DNA of 64,000 nucleotides from an uncultured Alphaproteobacteria bacterium (GTDB lineage Bacteria > Pseudomonadota > Alphaproteobacteria > SHVP01): contig CAYGKG010000002.1 in assembly GCA_964350495.1 (NCBI GenBank), positions 786 to 64,785 on the forward strand. Reading direction: 5' to 3'. Under the pieces are notes generated by a model. That model was not told where the DNA came from. It worked only from the letters and a program-made list of their open reading frames with translations, and did not search any database. This document shows positions 29,225 through 39,416 of the stretch, in pieces. The first letter of the stretch is position 1, and every line of letters starts with the position of its first letter. The position numbers and the translations under genes were made by a program.

Positions 29225-29985
29225 CCGGGGCCGCCATTCGACTTCATGCGCTTCTTGTGGGCGTACATGTCCCGGTCGGCCGCTGCCAGCGCGTGACCGA
29301 CGTCTTCGGCACCGGTAAACGTGTAGACGCCTACCGCCACATGGATCGGCACCGCACGGCCCTGATGATCCATCGGGACCTTCATGATTTGTCGGGCCAG
29401 ATGCTCGGCTTTTTCCCGCGCGGTCGATTGATCGGTCCGGTCCAGAATGACCCCGAACTCATCGCCGCCCAAGCGTCCCACGACGTCGGACTCACGCACG
29501 CTGGAAAGCAAAAGCTCGGCGACGTGTTTGAGCGCTTCGTCGCCGGCGGAATGACCGTAGGTATCGTTGATCTCTTTGAAGTCGTTAACGTCGATATATA
29601 CGACCGAAGACGGCGTGCCATAACGTTCGGCCAGCGCCATATTTCTAGTCAGCTCGCGGACGAACGCACGCCGATTGGCAATGGGGATGAGCGGATCGCG
29701 ATCGGCCAGCCTTTCCAGATTGGCCAGCCGCTCCCGCGCGACCTGAAGCTCGCGGCGCATCTGGTCGACTTCGGCCATCAGGTTCATCAGCGCGTCGCGG
29801 ACCTTTGGCGTGATCTCAGCCTGCGGAATCCCCATGACCGAGACGTTGTCATCGACCTGGCGTGGAGGCGCGGCGGCGCCGTAGGCGTCCGTTGCCTGAA
29901 CGGACGAGGCCCGTGTCGCGCCGGACGCGCGTGCCACGCGACGAACCGACGTCGTTCCTACAGGGCCGGTTGAGGATACTTTCAT
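29221..29985 (-). CDS. Diguanylate cyclase (GGDEF domain only; likely start the internal Met near 29835)
   Basis: RLGGDEFGVIL GGDEF motif; no recognisable sensor domain. Confidence 0.85.
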   Translation of the reverse strand: MKVSSTGPVGTTSVRRVARASGATRASSVQATDAYGAAAPPRQVDDNVSVMGIPQAEITPKVRDALMNLMAEVDQMRRELQVARERLANLERLADRDPLIPIANRRAFVRELTRNMALAERYGTPSSVVYIDVNDFKEINDTYGHSAGDEALKHVAELLLSSVRESDVVGRLGGDEFGVILDRTDQSTAREKAEHLARQIMKVPMDHQGRAVPIHVAVGVYTFTGAEDVGHALAAADRDMYAHKKRMKSNGGPG

Positions 29986-30181
29986 TGGTCAAACACTAGG
30001 TAATGTCAGCCTTCCGCTCGGACACCCTAGCACAAGCTACCCGGGGGTAGAATCGGCCAGTTCGCCCGTTCCGCAGAAAATTTGACGCTAGGATGGTTAA
30101 TAAAGCGTTATCCGACCGGTAGGCATTTGATCGGCCCGATCCCCCCCCTATAATCCGGCGCTTTTCCAGGAGGTGCGCCCT

Positions 30182-30673
30182 ATGGAAGCCGCCGTCAAAA
30201 TTGGCGTCATCATGGGCAGTCAGTCCGATTGGGAGACGATGCGCCACGCTGCGGAGACGCTGGAAAAGATGGGCATTTCGCACGAGGTACGCATCGTATC
30301 GGCCCATCGGACCCCCGATCGCCTGGTGGAGTACGCCAGGAGCGCCGAAGAAAGGGGCCTCGCGGCCATTATCGCGGGCGCAGGCGGTGCGGCGCACCTC
30401 CCTGGCATGACAGCATCCATGACCATTCTACCAGTGTTTGGCGTGCCGATCGAAAGCAAGGCCTTGGGAGGCATGGACAGCCTCTTGTCAATCGTTCAGA
30501 TGCCGGCTGGGATACCCGTCGGCACCTTGGCGATCGGGCGCGCGGGTGCGGTCAATGCAGCGCTCCTGGCAGCCTCTGTCGTTGCGCTTAGCGATGCGGC
30601 GGTGCGCGAAGCCCTGCGTGCCTGGCGGCAGGCACAGACCGCCGCCATTGACGACGCGCCCAAGACGGTCTGA
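30182..30673 (+). CDS. purE: N5-carboxyaminoimidazole ribonucleotide mutase
   Basis: [15 protein letters not shown]...[10 protein letters not shown]. Confidence 0.9.
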   Translation: MEAAVKIGVIMGSQSDWETMRHAAETLEKMGISHEVRIVSAHRTPDRLVEYARSAEERGLAAIIAGAGGAAHLPGMTASMTILPVFGVPIESKALGGMDSLLSIVQMPAGIPVGTLAIGRAGAVNAALLAASVVALSDAAVREALRAWRQAQTAAIDDAPKTV

Positions 30674-30682
30674 GCCCCTCAG

Positions 30683-31762
30683 ATGGTGGAAGAAGTCACT
30701 CCAGGCGCAACCATTGGGATATTGGGTGGCGGCCAGCTCGGCCGCATGCTGTGCTTGGCGGCGGCAAGGCTAGGCTACCGCACACACGTTTATTGCCCTG
30801 AGGCCAACGCGCCGGCCTCTTTCGTGACCGACAGGACGACTATCGCTCCTTTTGACGATGTGGCGGCCTTGACCCGCTTCGCCCAGGCAATCGATGTCGC
30901 GACGTTCGAGTTTGAGAACATACCCCGTCAAACAATTGAGGTCCTCCAGCGCGATGTCCCTGTCCATCCCTCAGCGCATGCGCTGGGCGTCAGTCAGGAC
31001 CGGCTGGCCGAAAAATCGTTGTGCCGGGATTTGGGCCTTCCGACGACCGCATTCGCCCCGATCGATGGGCCGGAGGACTTCAAAACGGCGATCGCCACAA
31101 CGGGTTTGCCTGCCATCTTGAAAACCCGACGGATGGGGTACGACGGCAAGGGCCAGCGCTTCGTTCGATCGACGAGCGACCTCGATTCCGCTTGGATGGA
31201 CCTCGGCGCTGGGGCGTGCCTCCTGGAGGGTGTCGTCGACTTCGCCGTCGAGATATCGGTGATCATTGCCCGGCAATCGTCGGGAACCGTGGCGACGTTC
31301 GACGTTCCGGAAAACACGCACCGCGACGGCATCCTTCGGGAAAGCAGGGTGCCCCCGCGCCTGGGTGGCGCCGCTCTCGAAACCGCCCGCGACATCGCCC
31401 ATCGTTTGGCGGCGGCGCTCAACTATGTCGGCGTCGGGGCTGTGGAGATGTTCGCAACAAAGGACGGATCGGTTCTAGTGAACGAGATCGCCCCGCGCGT
31501 CCACAATTCCGGCCACTGGACAATTGACGCTTGTGCCACCGATCAATTCGAGCAACACATCCGCGCAATCTGTGGCTTACCCCTCGGCAGTACCGCGCGC
31601 TCATTCGATGTCGTCATGACGAACCTTATCGGCCACGACATCGATGCGTGGCGGACCTATCTTGGCGATCCGCTCGCCAAACTGCATCTCTACGGCAAAA
31701 CCGAGATTCGGGCAGGTCGCAAGATGGGCCATGTAACAAAACTGAGCGTTACCGCGACCTAG
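30683..31762 (+). CDS. purK: N5-carboxyaminoimidazole ribonucleotide synthase
   Basis: ATP-grasp; IGILGGGQLGRML. Confidence 0.9.
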   Translation: MVEEVTPGATIGILGGGQLGRMLCLAAARLGYRTHVYCPEANAPASFVTDRTTIAPFDDVAALTRFAQAIDVATFEFENIPRQTIEVLQRDVPVHPSAHALGVSQDRLAEKSLCRDLGLPTTAFAPIDGPEDFKTAIATTGLPAILKTRRMGYDGKGQRFVRSTSDLDSAWMDLGAGACLLEGVVDFAVEISVIIARQSSGTVATFDVPENTHRDGILRESRVPPRLGGAALETARDIAHRLAAALNYVGVGAVEMFATKDGSVLVNEIAPRVHNSGHWTIDACATDQFEQHIRAICGLPLGSTARSFDVVMTNLIGHDIDAWRTYLGDPLAKLHLYGKTEIRAGRKMGHVTKLSVTAT

Positions 31763-32450
31763 GCACACCGAACCCTTTGCCGAACGGAGATTTTCGCAAT
31801 GCCTTCAGCGGCGCGCCGAGGCGATCACCGATTTTCTCGGCCCGGCCGCGGAGCTTTTGGATCCGAAGAACATCGGCGATACGCCGGTCGAGGAACGCCC
31901 AGGTGTCGGCAAACCCTTCGGACTCGTCGTCAAGCCAGTACCAGTAGGTCGTCGTCACGACACCGGCAAGCAGGCCCCTTTTGGTGTAGAAGCTGAAGTC
32001 AACTGACCGGTCTCCCGCGGCGCGCCAAATAACGTCGGTAATCCGATAGAGAACGCCCAGACCGCCCAATGTGCCGCGCGATCGCGCGAGCGGCGACAGA
32101 CGCCGAACCTGCTCCCGATGGTCGGCGATCAGACCGACAAAAGTGCGCACCCCAATAGCAATACGCTTGCGGATCGACGGTTCACTGTCGGCAAGTCCTT
32201 CGAGTGCCACTTCCAACTTGCGTGCCACCGACATGCCAAAATAGGCGGCCACGCCGTCGATCCCATCCGGGAACGCCAGAGCCGCTCGGTCTGGCGGGAG
32301 CCCTGAATCCTGCTCGCCCGCGGCGTACGCCTTTGCAGACCAACCATCGAACGGCACATGGCCGAGGACGGCCCGTAAAATCGCATCTCGATCGCCGGGA
32401 ATGGTCACAGATCCTCTTCCTCGTTTTCGACAGACAGGTGAAACCGCCAT
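31749..32450 (-). CDS. COQ9-like rpsU-divergently-transcribed protein (TIGR02396); start probably the GTG near 32408
   Basis: AILRAVLGHVPFDGWS motif; divergent from rpsU. Confidence 0.7.
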   Translation of the reverse strand: MAVSPVCRKRGRGSVTIPGDRDAILRAVLGHVPFDGWSAKAYAAGEQDSGLPPDRAALAFPDGIDGVAAYFGMSVARKLEVALEGLADSEPSIRKRIAIGVRTFVGLIADHREQVRRLSPLARSRGTLGGLGVLYRITDVIWRAAGDRSVDFSFYTKRGLLAGVVTTTYWYWLDDESEGFADTWAFLDRRIADVLRIQKLRGRAEKIGDRLGAPLKALRKSPFGKGFGVPRSR

Positions 32451-32938
32451 TCCGATTCGAACACAAGATCTGCCAAATCGACCATGCGTGTCGGGTAAAG
32501 GCGTCCGTCAAGGTGGTCGCACTCATGCTGCACCACGCGGGCATGCATGCCCGCGGCCGTTACGTCGACGGCGGCGCCGTTCTCATCCAGGCCGGTGTAG
32601 CGAATCCGGTCGAACCGCGGGACTTTGCCGCGCAGACCGGGCACGGACAGGCAACCCTCCCACCCGAGTCGCGTTTCCTCGGTCAGCGGTATGATGATCG
32701 GGTTGACCAAGACCTGGGCGCGCATTTCATCTTCGTCCTCCCCCGGCACGTGAAACACGACGATCCGCACGGGGACATGGACCTGGGGGGCGGCAAGGCC
32801 GAGCCCTTGGGCATCCTCCATTGTCTCGAACATGTCGTCGATCAGAGCTTGGATCTCCGGATCCGTCGGATCCTCGACCTCGGCTGCCCGCTGGAGGAGA
32901 ACGGGATGGCCCATTTTTGCGATCTTCAGAATTGCCAT
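32405..32938 (-). CDS. def: Peptide deformylase
   Basis: GLAAPQV, EGCLSVPG and HECDHLDG motifs. Confidence 0.9.
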   Translation of the reverse strand: MAILKIAKMGHPVLLQRAAEVEDPTDPEIQALIDDMFETMEDAQGLGLAAPQVHVPVRIVVFHVPGEDEDEMRAQVLVNPIIIPLTEETRLGWEGCLSVPGLRGKVPRFDRIRYTGLDENGAAVDVTAAGMHARVVQHECDHLDGRLYPTRMVDLADLVFESEWRFHLSVENEEEDL

Positions 32939-33128
32939 AGGTCATCATGGTCTAGAGTGCGGCATTGGGTAAAGAGGCTGCATTTCGGCCAATTTCGTCA
33001 CCGGGGCCTACGGGCGGCGTCGCCGGTCGGGCTGTACATCGCCGAAACCATATGGTAATCACCGCGCCTCGTGTGTTCCGTCGTCCGGGGCACCCCGAAA
33101 TTACAGCGAGCTTTCCGGGAGAAACCGT

Positions 33129-33329
33129 TTGCAAGTCCACGTCCGTGACAACAATGTCGATCAGGCCCTCCGCGCACTGAAAAAGAAAATGCAGCGGGAA
33201 GGTATCTTCCGTGAGATGAAGCTCCGGAACTTCTACGAAAAGCCATCCGAAAAGCGGGCCCGGGAAAAGGCCGAAGCCGTTCGTCGTGCGCGCAAGCTTG
33301 CACGCAAGAGGGCGCAGCGAGAGGTCTAG
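33129..33329 (+). CDS. rpsU: 30S ribosomal protein S21
   Basis: [27 protein letters not shown]... Confidence 0.9.
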   Translation: MQVHVRDNNVDQALRALKKKMQREGIFREMKLRNFYEKPSEKRAREKAEAVRRARKLARKRAQREV

Positions 33330-33334
33330 CCGAG

Positions 33335-33370
33335 TATCTGTGAACCGCTTAAAAGCTGCCTTCGGGCGGC
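33335..33370. terminator. Bidirectional rho-independent terminator between rpsU and pntB
   Basis: GCTGCC-TTCG-GGCGGC hairpin flanked by AAAA on one side and TTTTTT on the other. Confidence 0.5.
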
Positions 33371-33382
33371 TTTTTTGTTGCG

Positions 33383-34774
33383 CTAGAGCGCGCGGATAAC
33401 GCCTTCGACCATTTTCTTGGCATCGCCGAACAGCATCATCGTGTTATCGCGGTAGAAGACTTCGTTGTCGACACCGGCATAGCCCGGCGAGAGAGAGCGT
33501 TTAACGAACAGCACCGTCCGCGCGTTCTCGACATCGAGAATTGGCATCCCGTAGATCGGGCTTTGCGGGTCGGTCTTAGCTGCGGGATTAGTGACATCGT
33601 TGGCGCCGATCACGAATGCAACGTCGACGTTAGAAAAATCGCTGTTGATTTCGTCGAGCTCGAACACTTCGTCATAGGGAACATTGGCCTCGGCCAACAA
33701 TACATTCATGTGGCCCGGCATCCGGCCAGCAACCGGATGGACGGCATAGCGAACGCTAACGCCCTCTTCCTTGAGTCGGTCCGCCATTTCGCGAACGGCG
33801 TGCTGCGCCTGCGCCACCGCAAGTCCGTATCCCGGCACGATGATGACGGATCCGGCGTTCTTCATGATAAACGCCGCGTCATCCGCGCTTCCGGCCTTAA
33901 CCGCTCGATCGCTACGGCTCGCCCCGGACGACCCTGCCACGGCGTCGCCGCCGAAACCGCCCAGGATCACACTGATGAACGACCGATTCATCGCGTGACA
34001 CATGATGTAGCTGAGGATCGCACCGGAGGATCCAACCAGTGCACCGGTGATGATCAGCGCGGTGTTCTCGAGCGTGAAACCAACGCCGGCCGCTGCCCAA
34101 CCCGAGTAGGAGTTGAGCATCGACACCACGACCGGCATATCGGCGCCGCCAATCGGGAGAATGATGAGAAAACCAATCAGGAACGCGAGCCCGACAACCA
34201 CCCAAAAAAGCGGAACGGATTCTTGTAAAACAAACAACGTGCCCAGGCCGAGGATGACAAGGCCTATCAAAAGATTGAGCCAGTGCTGTCCGGGAAAAAC
34301 GAGGGGATTGCCCGAGACCAACCCCTGGAGCTTGGCGAAGGCGACGATCGAACCGGAAAAGGTGATGGCGCCGATTGCAGCGCCCAGCGCCATTTCAATC
34401 AGACTCGCGGTTCTAATTTGCCCCGCGACCCCGATTCCGTAGGACTCCGGCGCATAGAAAGCAGCGGCGGCAACGAGAACCGCGGCTAGACCTACAAGGC
34501 TGTGGAACGCCGCCACCAGTTGCGGCATCGCCGTCATCTGAATCCGCAGGGCAATCACGGTGCCGATCACCGCACCGACCCCCAACCCTAGAACGATGAG
34601 ATCGAAGCCCAAGATGTGGGGATTGAGCATTGTGGTGACGATGGCAATAAGCATCCCGGCGATGCCGAAATAATTGCCGCGTCGCGCGGATTCCGGCGAC
34701 GAAAGGCCGCGCAAGGCCATAATGAAGAGGACGCCGGCGATCAGGTAGGCGATGGCAGAGAGGTTCGCTGCCAC
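33383..34774 (-). CDS. pntB: NAD(P) transhydrogenase subunit beta
   Basis: Multi-TM N-terminus plus NADP(H)-binding dIII domain. Confidence 0.9.
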   Translation of the reverse strand: MAANLSAIAYLIAGVLFIMALRGLSSPESARRGNYFGIAGMLIAIVTTMLNPHILGFDLIVLGLGVGAVIGTVIALRIQMTAMPQLVAAFHSLVGLAAVLVAAAAFYAPESYGIGVAGQIRTASLIEMALGAAIGAITFSGSIVAFAKLQGLVSGNPLVFPGQHWLNLLIGLVILGLGTLFVLQESVPLFWVVVGLAFLIGFLIILPIGGADMPVVVSMLNSYSGWAAAGVGFTLENTALIITGALVGSSGAILSYIMCHAMNRSFISVILGGFGGDAVAGSSGASRSDRAVKAGSADDAAFIMKNAGSVIIVPGYGLAVAQAQHAVREMADRLKEEGVSVRYAVHPVAGRMPGHMNVLLAEANVPYDEVFELDEINSDFSNVDVAFVIGANDVTNPAAKTDPQSPIYGMPILDVENARTVLFVKRSLSPGYAGVDNEVFYRDNTMMLFGDAKKMVEGVIRAL

Positions 34775-34776
34775 GA

Positions 34777-35073
34777 CTATTTTTTCCTCTTGAACATCTG
34801 GAGCATGCGCTGGGTCACGACGAAACCGCCGAAGATATTGACCGCCGCCAGGACGATCGCGACAAAGCCGAATATCTTCGCAATGTTCATCTCTTCGGGC
34901 CCCGCCGCGATCAACGCGCCGACAATAATGACGCTAGAAATTGCATTGGTAACGGCCATAAGTGGGGTGTGAAGCGCGGGTGTAACGCTCCACACGACGT
35001 AGTAGCCAACGAAAATCGCCAAAACGAATATCGCGAGGCGAAAGACGAATGGGTCGATAACGACCGCTTCCAT
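34777..35073 (-). CDS. pntAB: NAD(P) transhydrogenase subunit alpha part 2 (PntAB membrane part)
   Basis: [30 protein letters not shown]...; ATGA overlap with pntAA. Confidence 0.8.
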   Translation of the reverse strand: MEAVVIDPFVFRLAIFVLAIFVGYYVVWSVTPALHTPLMAVTNAISSVIIVGALIAAGPEEMNIAKIFGFVAIVLAAVNIFGGFVVTQRMLQMFKRKK

Positions 35074-36215
35074 TACGATGCCTTTCGCTCGGACAGAGGA
35101 TGGACGACCCGACCGTCGCGGGTCAGCACGGTCGCCTTCAGTATCTCGTCTTCCCAATCGATCTTGAGCGACTTCGACTCGGCATCGATCAGCGGTGAAA
35201 GAAAGTTGAAGAGGTTCTTTGCATAGAGCGCCGACGCGTCCGCGGCCAAACGGCTTGGCACGTTGAAATGCCCAACGATCATGACGCCGTTGACATCGAC
35301 GACCTCGCCGGGGACGGACAGCTCGCAGTTGCCGCCCTGCTCGACCGCAAGATCGACGATCACGCTGCCCGGCTTCATGCTGTGAACGGTATCGGCATTG
35401 ATCAACATCGGCGCTCGGCGACCAGGTATGAGCGCCGTACAGATAGCGATATCGGCCTTTTCCAAGGTAGCCCGCACCAGCGCCTGCTGGCGTTCCTGGT
35501 AATCGGCGCTCATCTCGCGGGCGTAACCGCCCGCAGTTTCGGCGTTCTCGACTTCCGGCGACTCCACCATGACAAACTTTGCCCCCAGGGATTCAACCTG
35601 TTCCTTAGCCACCGGGCGCACATCGGTCGCGGAAACGACGGCGCCGAGGCGGCGAGCGGTTGCGATGGCTTGCAGCCCGGCAACACCCGCGCCGAGGACA
35701 AATACCTTGGCTGGAGCGACGGTCCCCGCCGCGGTCATCATCATCGGCATCGCCCGACCATAAACGCCGGCAGCATCGAGAACCGCTTTGTAACCCGCCA
35801 GATTGGACTGGGACGACAGGACGTCCATGCTCTGCGCCCGCGTGATGCGGGGAAGGAGTTCAAGCGAGATCGCGACGATCCCGCGATCCGCGTAGCCCTC
35901 GATCTGATCCAGGTCGGTAGACGGCGCTAGCATGCCGATCAGCAAGCCGCCGCGTTTCAAACAAGCACTGTCGTCCCGACCGTCCCCCGACCGCTGGACC
36001 TTGAGCAGAACATCGGCGTCCACCACCGCCGCAATGTCGCCCACCACGTCGGCCCCGGCCTGTCGATAGGACTCGTCCGTGATGTTGGCGCCCGCACCCG
36101 AGCCCGCTTCGATCGCAACCGAGCAGCCGAGGGCAATCAATTTCTTTACCGTTTCGGGCGTCGCCGCAACGCGACGTTCGTGAGCACGCGTCTCGCGGAC
36201 GACCAAAACCTTCAT
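35073..36215 (-). CDS. pntAA: NAD(P) transhydrogenase subunit alpha part 1 (dI domain)
   Basis: Alanine-dehydrogenase/PNT N- and C-terminal domains. Confidence 0.9.
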   Translation of the reverse strand: MKVLVVRETRAHERRVAATPETVKKLIALGCSVAIEAGSGAGANITDESYRQAGADVVGDIAAVVDADVLLKVQRSGDGRDDSACLKRGGLLIGMLAPSTDLDQIEGYADRGIVAISLELLPRITRAQSMDVLSSQSNLAGYKAVLDAAGVYGRAMPMMMTAAGTVAPAKVFVLGAGVAGLQAIATARRLGAVVSATDVRPVAKEQVESLGAKFVMVESPEVENAETAGGYAREMSADYQERQQALVRATLEKADIAICTALIPGRRAPMLINADTVHSMKPGSVIVDLAVEQGGNCELSVPGEVVDVNGVMIVGHFNVPSRLAADASALYAKNLFNFLSPLIDAESKSLKIDWEDEILKATVLTRDGRVVHPLSERKAS

Positions 36216-36283
36216 GCCTACTGCCTGGCTTGAACGCCGAGCGCAAAGCCCGGCTGGGATCTATGGGGCGATAAAGTCGCCAC

Positions 36284-36412
36284 CTAAAGGAGAAAGATCG
36301 CCATGAGACCGAGGGTAACGATGGTCAACCCACTAACCCATTGAACAAGCCGGGTAAACCCAGCCCAAGTTTGTTGTTTTTGAGGCAGATCGATTTGTTC
36401 GTTCTCAGCCAT
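36284..36412 (-). CDS. Small (42 aa) membrane protein resembling prokaryotic aa3-type cytochrome oxidase subunit IV (COX4_pro_2-like)
   Basis: MAENEQIDLPQKQQTWAGFTRLVQWVSGLTIVTLGLMAIFLL has a single TM and a WxGFxxxxxW motif. Below the ORF-track cutoff. Confidence 0.45.
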   Translation of the reverse strand: MAENEQIDLPQKQQTWAGFTRLVQWVSGLTIVTLGLMAIFLL

Positions 36413-36479
36413 AGCCCGCTCCTTCGCAATTCGGCAGGGGTCTTATAGCAGACCCTGCCGAGCATCAACATTGCCTTCG

Positions 36480-36734
36480 TTACTTGCCTGCCGCGCCCGA
36501 GCCGGCAACCAGCGCCTCACCCTTCTTGGTTGGAACCCACACCCCGCCGGGCCCGTCATTCCAGCCGCGGCACTGAATCAGTCCGTCGGCGGCGAGTGTA
36601 TGGATCGCACGGGTAGACTTGAACGCACGCAAAAGCATCGCTTCCGACATCCCGCGCACCGGTCGCGGCATCTCGCAAAGCGCTTCTAGAATTTCGAATT
36701 CCGTCGATCCTCTCTCAACCATGAGCGCCTGCAT
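36480..36734 (-). CDS. Hypothetical small protein (possible winged-helix)
   Basis: ORF 36480..36758 with the likely start trimmed to avoid overlap with pepF; no family recognised. Confidence 0.3.
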   Translation of the reverse strand: MQALMVERGSTEFEILEALCEMPRPVRGMSEAMLLRAFKSTRAIHTLAADGLIQCRGWNDGPGGVWVPTKKGEALVAGSGAAGK

Positions 36735-38508
36735 CGCCGATCCCCTCCAGTTCATCAATAAAGCCCGAAATGAGGTCGAGCCCCTGCTGCCAAAATGCCG
36801 GCTCGGAGGCGTCCAGCCCGAACGGCGCCAGCAACTCCTTGTGCCGCTTGGTCCCGCCAGCCTTCAACATCGCGATGTAGCGCTCTTGGAAACCGGTCTC
36901 GGAATTCTGGAAAACGGCGTACAGCGCATTCACTAAGCAGTCGCCAAATGCATACGCGTACACGTAGAACGGCGAGTGGATGAAGTGCGGGATGTAGCAC
37001 CAATAGTTGCGATAGTCCGCGCCAAGGCGGAAGGCAGGCCCGAGGCTCTCTGCTTGAACCGCGAGCCAGATTTCGCCGAGCCGCTCGACGGTAAGTTCGC
37101 CCTGTCGCCGCTCCTCATGGACCGCCTTTTCGAACCGGTAGAACGCAATCTGCCGGACCACGGTATTGATCATGTCCTCAACCTTGCCGGCCAACATATG
37201 CGTGCGCCGAACGGGATCGGATTCGGCGTCCAGCAATGCCCTGAACACCAGCTGTTCGCCGAAAACGGAGGCAGTTTCCGCCAGGGTAAGCGGCGTATCG
37301 GCCATCAAGGCACCCTGCGGGCCAGCCAACACCTGATGAACCCCGTGACCGAGTTCATGCGCCAATGTCATGACGTCCCTGACTTTGCCCTGATAATTGA
37401 GCAGCAAGTAGGGATGGGCGGACGGCACTGTCGGGTGGGCAAAGGCACCGGGCGACTTGCCCGGCCGAGGTGGCGCGTCAATCCACGCATGATCGAAAAA
37501 TGTGCGCCCGATCTTACCGAGATCGCCGGAAAAACGTTCGTAGGCACCGAGGACCGTATCGCGCGCGTCGGCCCACGTGAATTTGCGCTCATCGGCCAGC
37601 GGTAAGGGCGCGTTGCGATCGAAATGTTCGAGTTTTTCGACGCCGAGCCAGCGCGCTTTCAAACTGTAGTACCGGTGCGACGTGCGCGAGAAGGAGGCGA
37701 CCACCGCGTTTTCAAGCGCATCGACGACCTCGGTTTCGACCAGATTCGCGAGATGGCGCGAAGCGGGCGGCGACTGAAACCCCCGCCATCGGTCTTCGAT
37801 TTCTTTATCCTTTGCCAGAACATTTGTGACCAGCGCGAACAAGGGCGCTTTTTCTTCGAACGTCGCGGCGAGAGCAGCTGCCGCGCGGCGGCGTCGATCG
37901 CGGTCGGTATCGGTCAAAAGATTGAGCGTATGTTCGAGCGTTACGGTTTTCCCGGCAATGTCGTATCGCGAGGCCGCAAGCGTCTCGTCAAACAGCCTCC
38001 CCCATCCAACCGACCCCGTGACAGCCTTTTCGTGAAACAATTTTTCCACATCATCAGCTAGTTCGTGCGGGCGAAAGACTCGGACATTCTCAATCCACGG
38101 TCGGTACTTTTGGCAGTCGTCGTGCGCCATCAGGTCAGCGAGCGCCGCGTCCTCAATTCTGTTTATCTCGAGGGCAAAGAAGATCAGGTTCGAAGAGGTC
38201 GCGTTCAACTGCTCGCCGATATCTTGCGCAAATTTCGCGACGGAAGAATTGTTGAGGTCTCCTGCGCGTAACAGTTGGGCATAGCTTCCAAGCTTCCCTA
38301 AGCTTTCTTGGATCGTCTCGTAGCGTTCGATGGCTTGCGTGAATGCAGCGGGCTTCAGGCCGGCAATGGCCCCTTTGTAGTCCGTGCAAAAAAGCTCTAC
38401 CGCGCTTTGCGCCTTTGCAAGGTCGCCGCGAACATCCGGCGAATCCGGTGCGCTGTAGAGGTCGGAAAGATCCCAAACCGGCAGGTCCGTTGCGGCCTCA
38501 GCGCTCAT
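36715..38508 (-). CDS. pepF: Oligoendopeptidase F (M3B family)
   Basis: HELGHGVH zinc motif; about 600 aa. Confidence 0.85.
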   Translation of the reverse strand: MSAEAATDLPVWDLSDLYSAPDSPDVRGDLAKAQSAVELFCTDYKGAIAGLKPAAFTQAIERYETIQESLGKLGSYAQLLRAGDLNNSSVAKFAQDIGEQLNATSSNLIFFALEINRIEDAALADLMAHDDCQKYRPWIENVRVFRPHELADDVEKLFHEKAVTGSVGWGRLFDETLAASRYDIAGKTVTLEHTLNLLTDTDRDRRRRAAAALAATFEEKAPLFALVTNVLAKDKEIEDRWRGFQSPPASRHLANLVETEVVDALENAVVASFSRTSHRYYSLKARWLGVEKLEHFDRNAPLPLADERKFTWADARDTVLGAYERFSGDLGKIGRTFFDHAWIDAPPRPGKSPGAFAHPTVPSAHPYLLLNYQGKVRDVMTLAHELGHGVHQVLAGPQGALMADTPLTLAETASVFGEQLVFRALLDAESDPVRRTHMLAGKVEDMINTVVRQIAFYRFEKAVHEERRQGELTVERLGEIWLAVQAESLGPAFRLGADYRNYWCYIPHFIHSPFYVYAYAFGDCLVNALYAVFQNSETGFQERYIAMLKAGGTKRHKELLAPFGLDASEPAFWQQGLDLISGFIDELEGIGDAGAHG

Positions 38509-38965
38509 TATCGACACCCCTTGTTGTTCCGCTACCGAGAAGAAAGTGACCATGCGCTGCGGCGATCAGACGTGACGGATCGTCCTGCCAAGCCTCTGCG
38601 CGGACGTTTGCAACGCGCCTTCCCTGCTTGGTGATTCGCCCGCGCGCGTAGGTACCCTTCGCCTGTCCGCTGCGCAAGAAGTCCAGTGAGGTATTGATGG
38701 TTCGCGGTAACTCAGCGCTGTCCAAGGCCCAGATCAACTGGAGAAGCGCTACGCTTTCCAACAAGCTCCCGATCACACCGCCATGGAGTGCGGGCAAGGT
38801 CGGGTTGCCAACGAGCTTCTCTTGGAAGGGGAGGAAACACACAAGATCGCCCCCTTCTTCCTGAACGGTTACGCCAAGGAACTCGAGATACGGTATCGCG
38901 CGAACGATCTCCTGTGGCGACCTTCTGGCCTTTGCATCGCGCAGTTTTTCGACCCGATCGTTCAT
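38498..38965 (-). CDS. PaaI-family hotdog thioesterase
   Basis: HGGVIGSLLESVALL motif; start taken at MNDRVEKL. Confidence 0.65.
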   Translation of the reverse strand: MNDRVEKLRDAKARRSPQEIVRAIPYLEFLGVTVQEEGGDLVCFLPFQEKLVGNPTLPALHGGVIGSLLESVALLQLIWALDSAELPRTINTSLDFLRSGQAKGTYARGRITKQGRRVANVRAEAWQDDPSRLIAAAHGHFLLGSGTTRGVDNER

Positions 38966-38966
38966 T

Positions 38967-39416
38967 TCAAAGCGCACTGGAATCCAGCATGAAGGTAGCG
39001 AGGCCGCTGGCGATCTCCCTGTCGGCCTTTTGGTAAGCACGCCCCCGAACGAACGCGATGTTGTTGCTCAGCCTGTAGCAGTCCGCCTCTGCTTTGATGG
39101 CAACGTGCGGCAACGCGGCACGCAGGTAATCGATTCGCAGATCGAGCGTAGCAATCTGCATGACCCGTGGAATGATCGAGAAAACAGCCATTCCAGAAGC
39201 GCTATCCAGGAGCGCCGTAATCACGCCGCCATGGACGACACCGGTCGACGCGTCGCCAACGAGCTCTTCGCTCCAATCCACCGACAGACCGCATCGGCCC
39301 CGATCGAGAAAGTCGACGCGCGTCGATAGCGCCTTGAGAAACGGTATCTCCGCGCCGAAACGCTTGATGACGTCGAGCGCTAGAGCCGGCACTTCGGAGC
39401 GGCGCATGTCAGACAT
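38967..39416 (-). CDS. PaaI-family hotdog thioesterase (tandem paralog)
   Basis: VHGGVITALLDSASGMAVF motif; start taken at MSDMRR. Confidence 0.65.
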   Translation of the reverse strand: MSDMRRSEVPALALDVIKRFGAEIPFLKALSTRVDFLDRGRCGLSVDWSEELVGDASTGVVHGGVITALLDSASGMAVFSIIPRVMQIATLDLRIDYLRAALPHVAIKAEADCYRLSNNIAFVRGRAYQKADREIASGLATFMLDSSAL

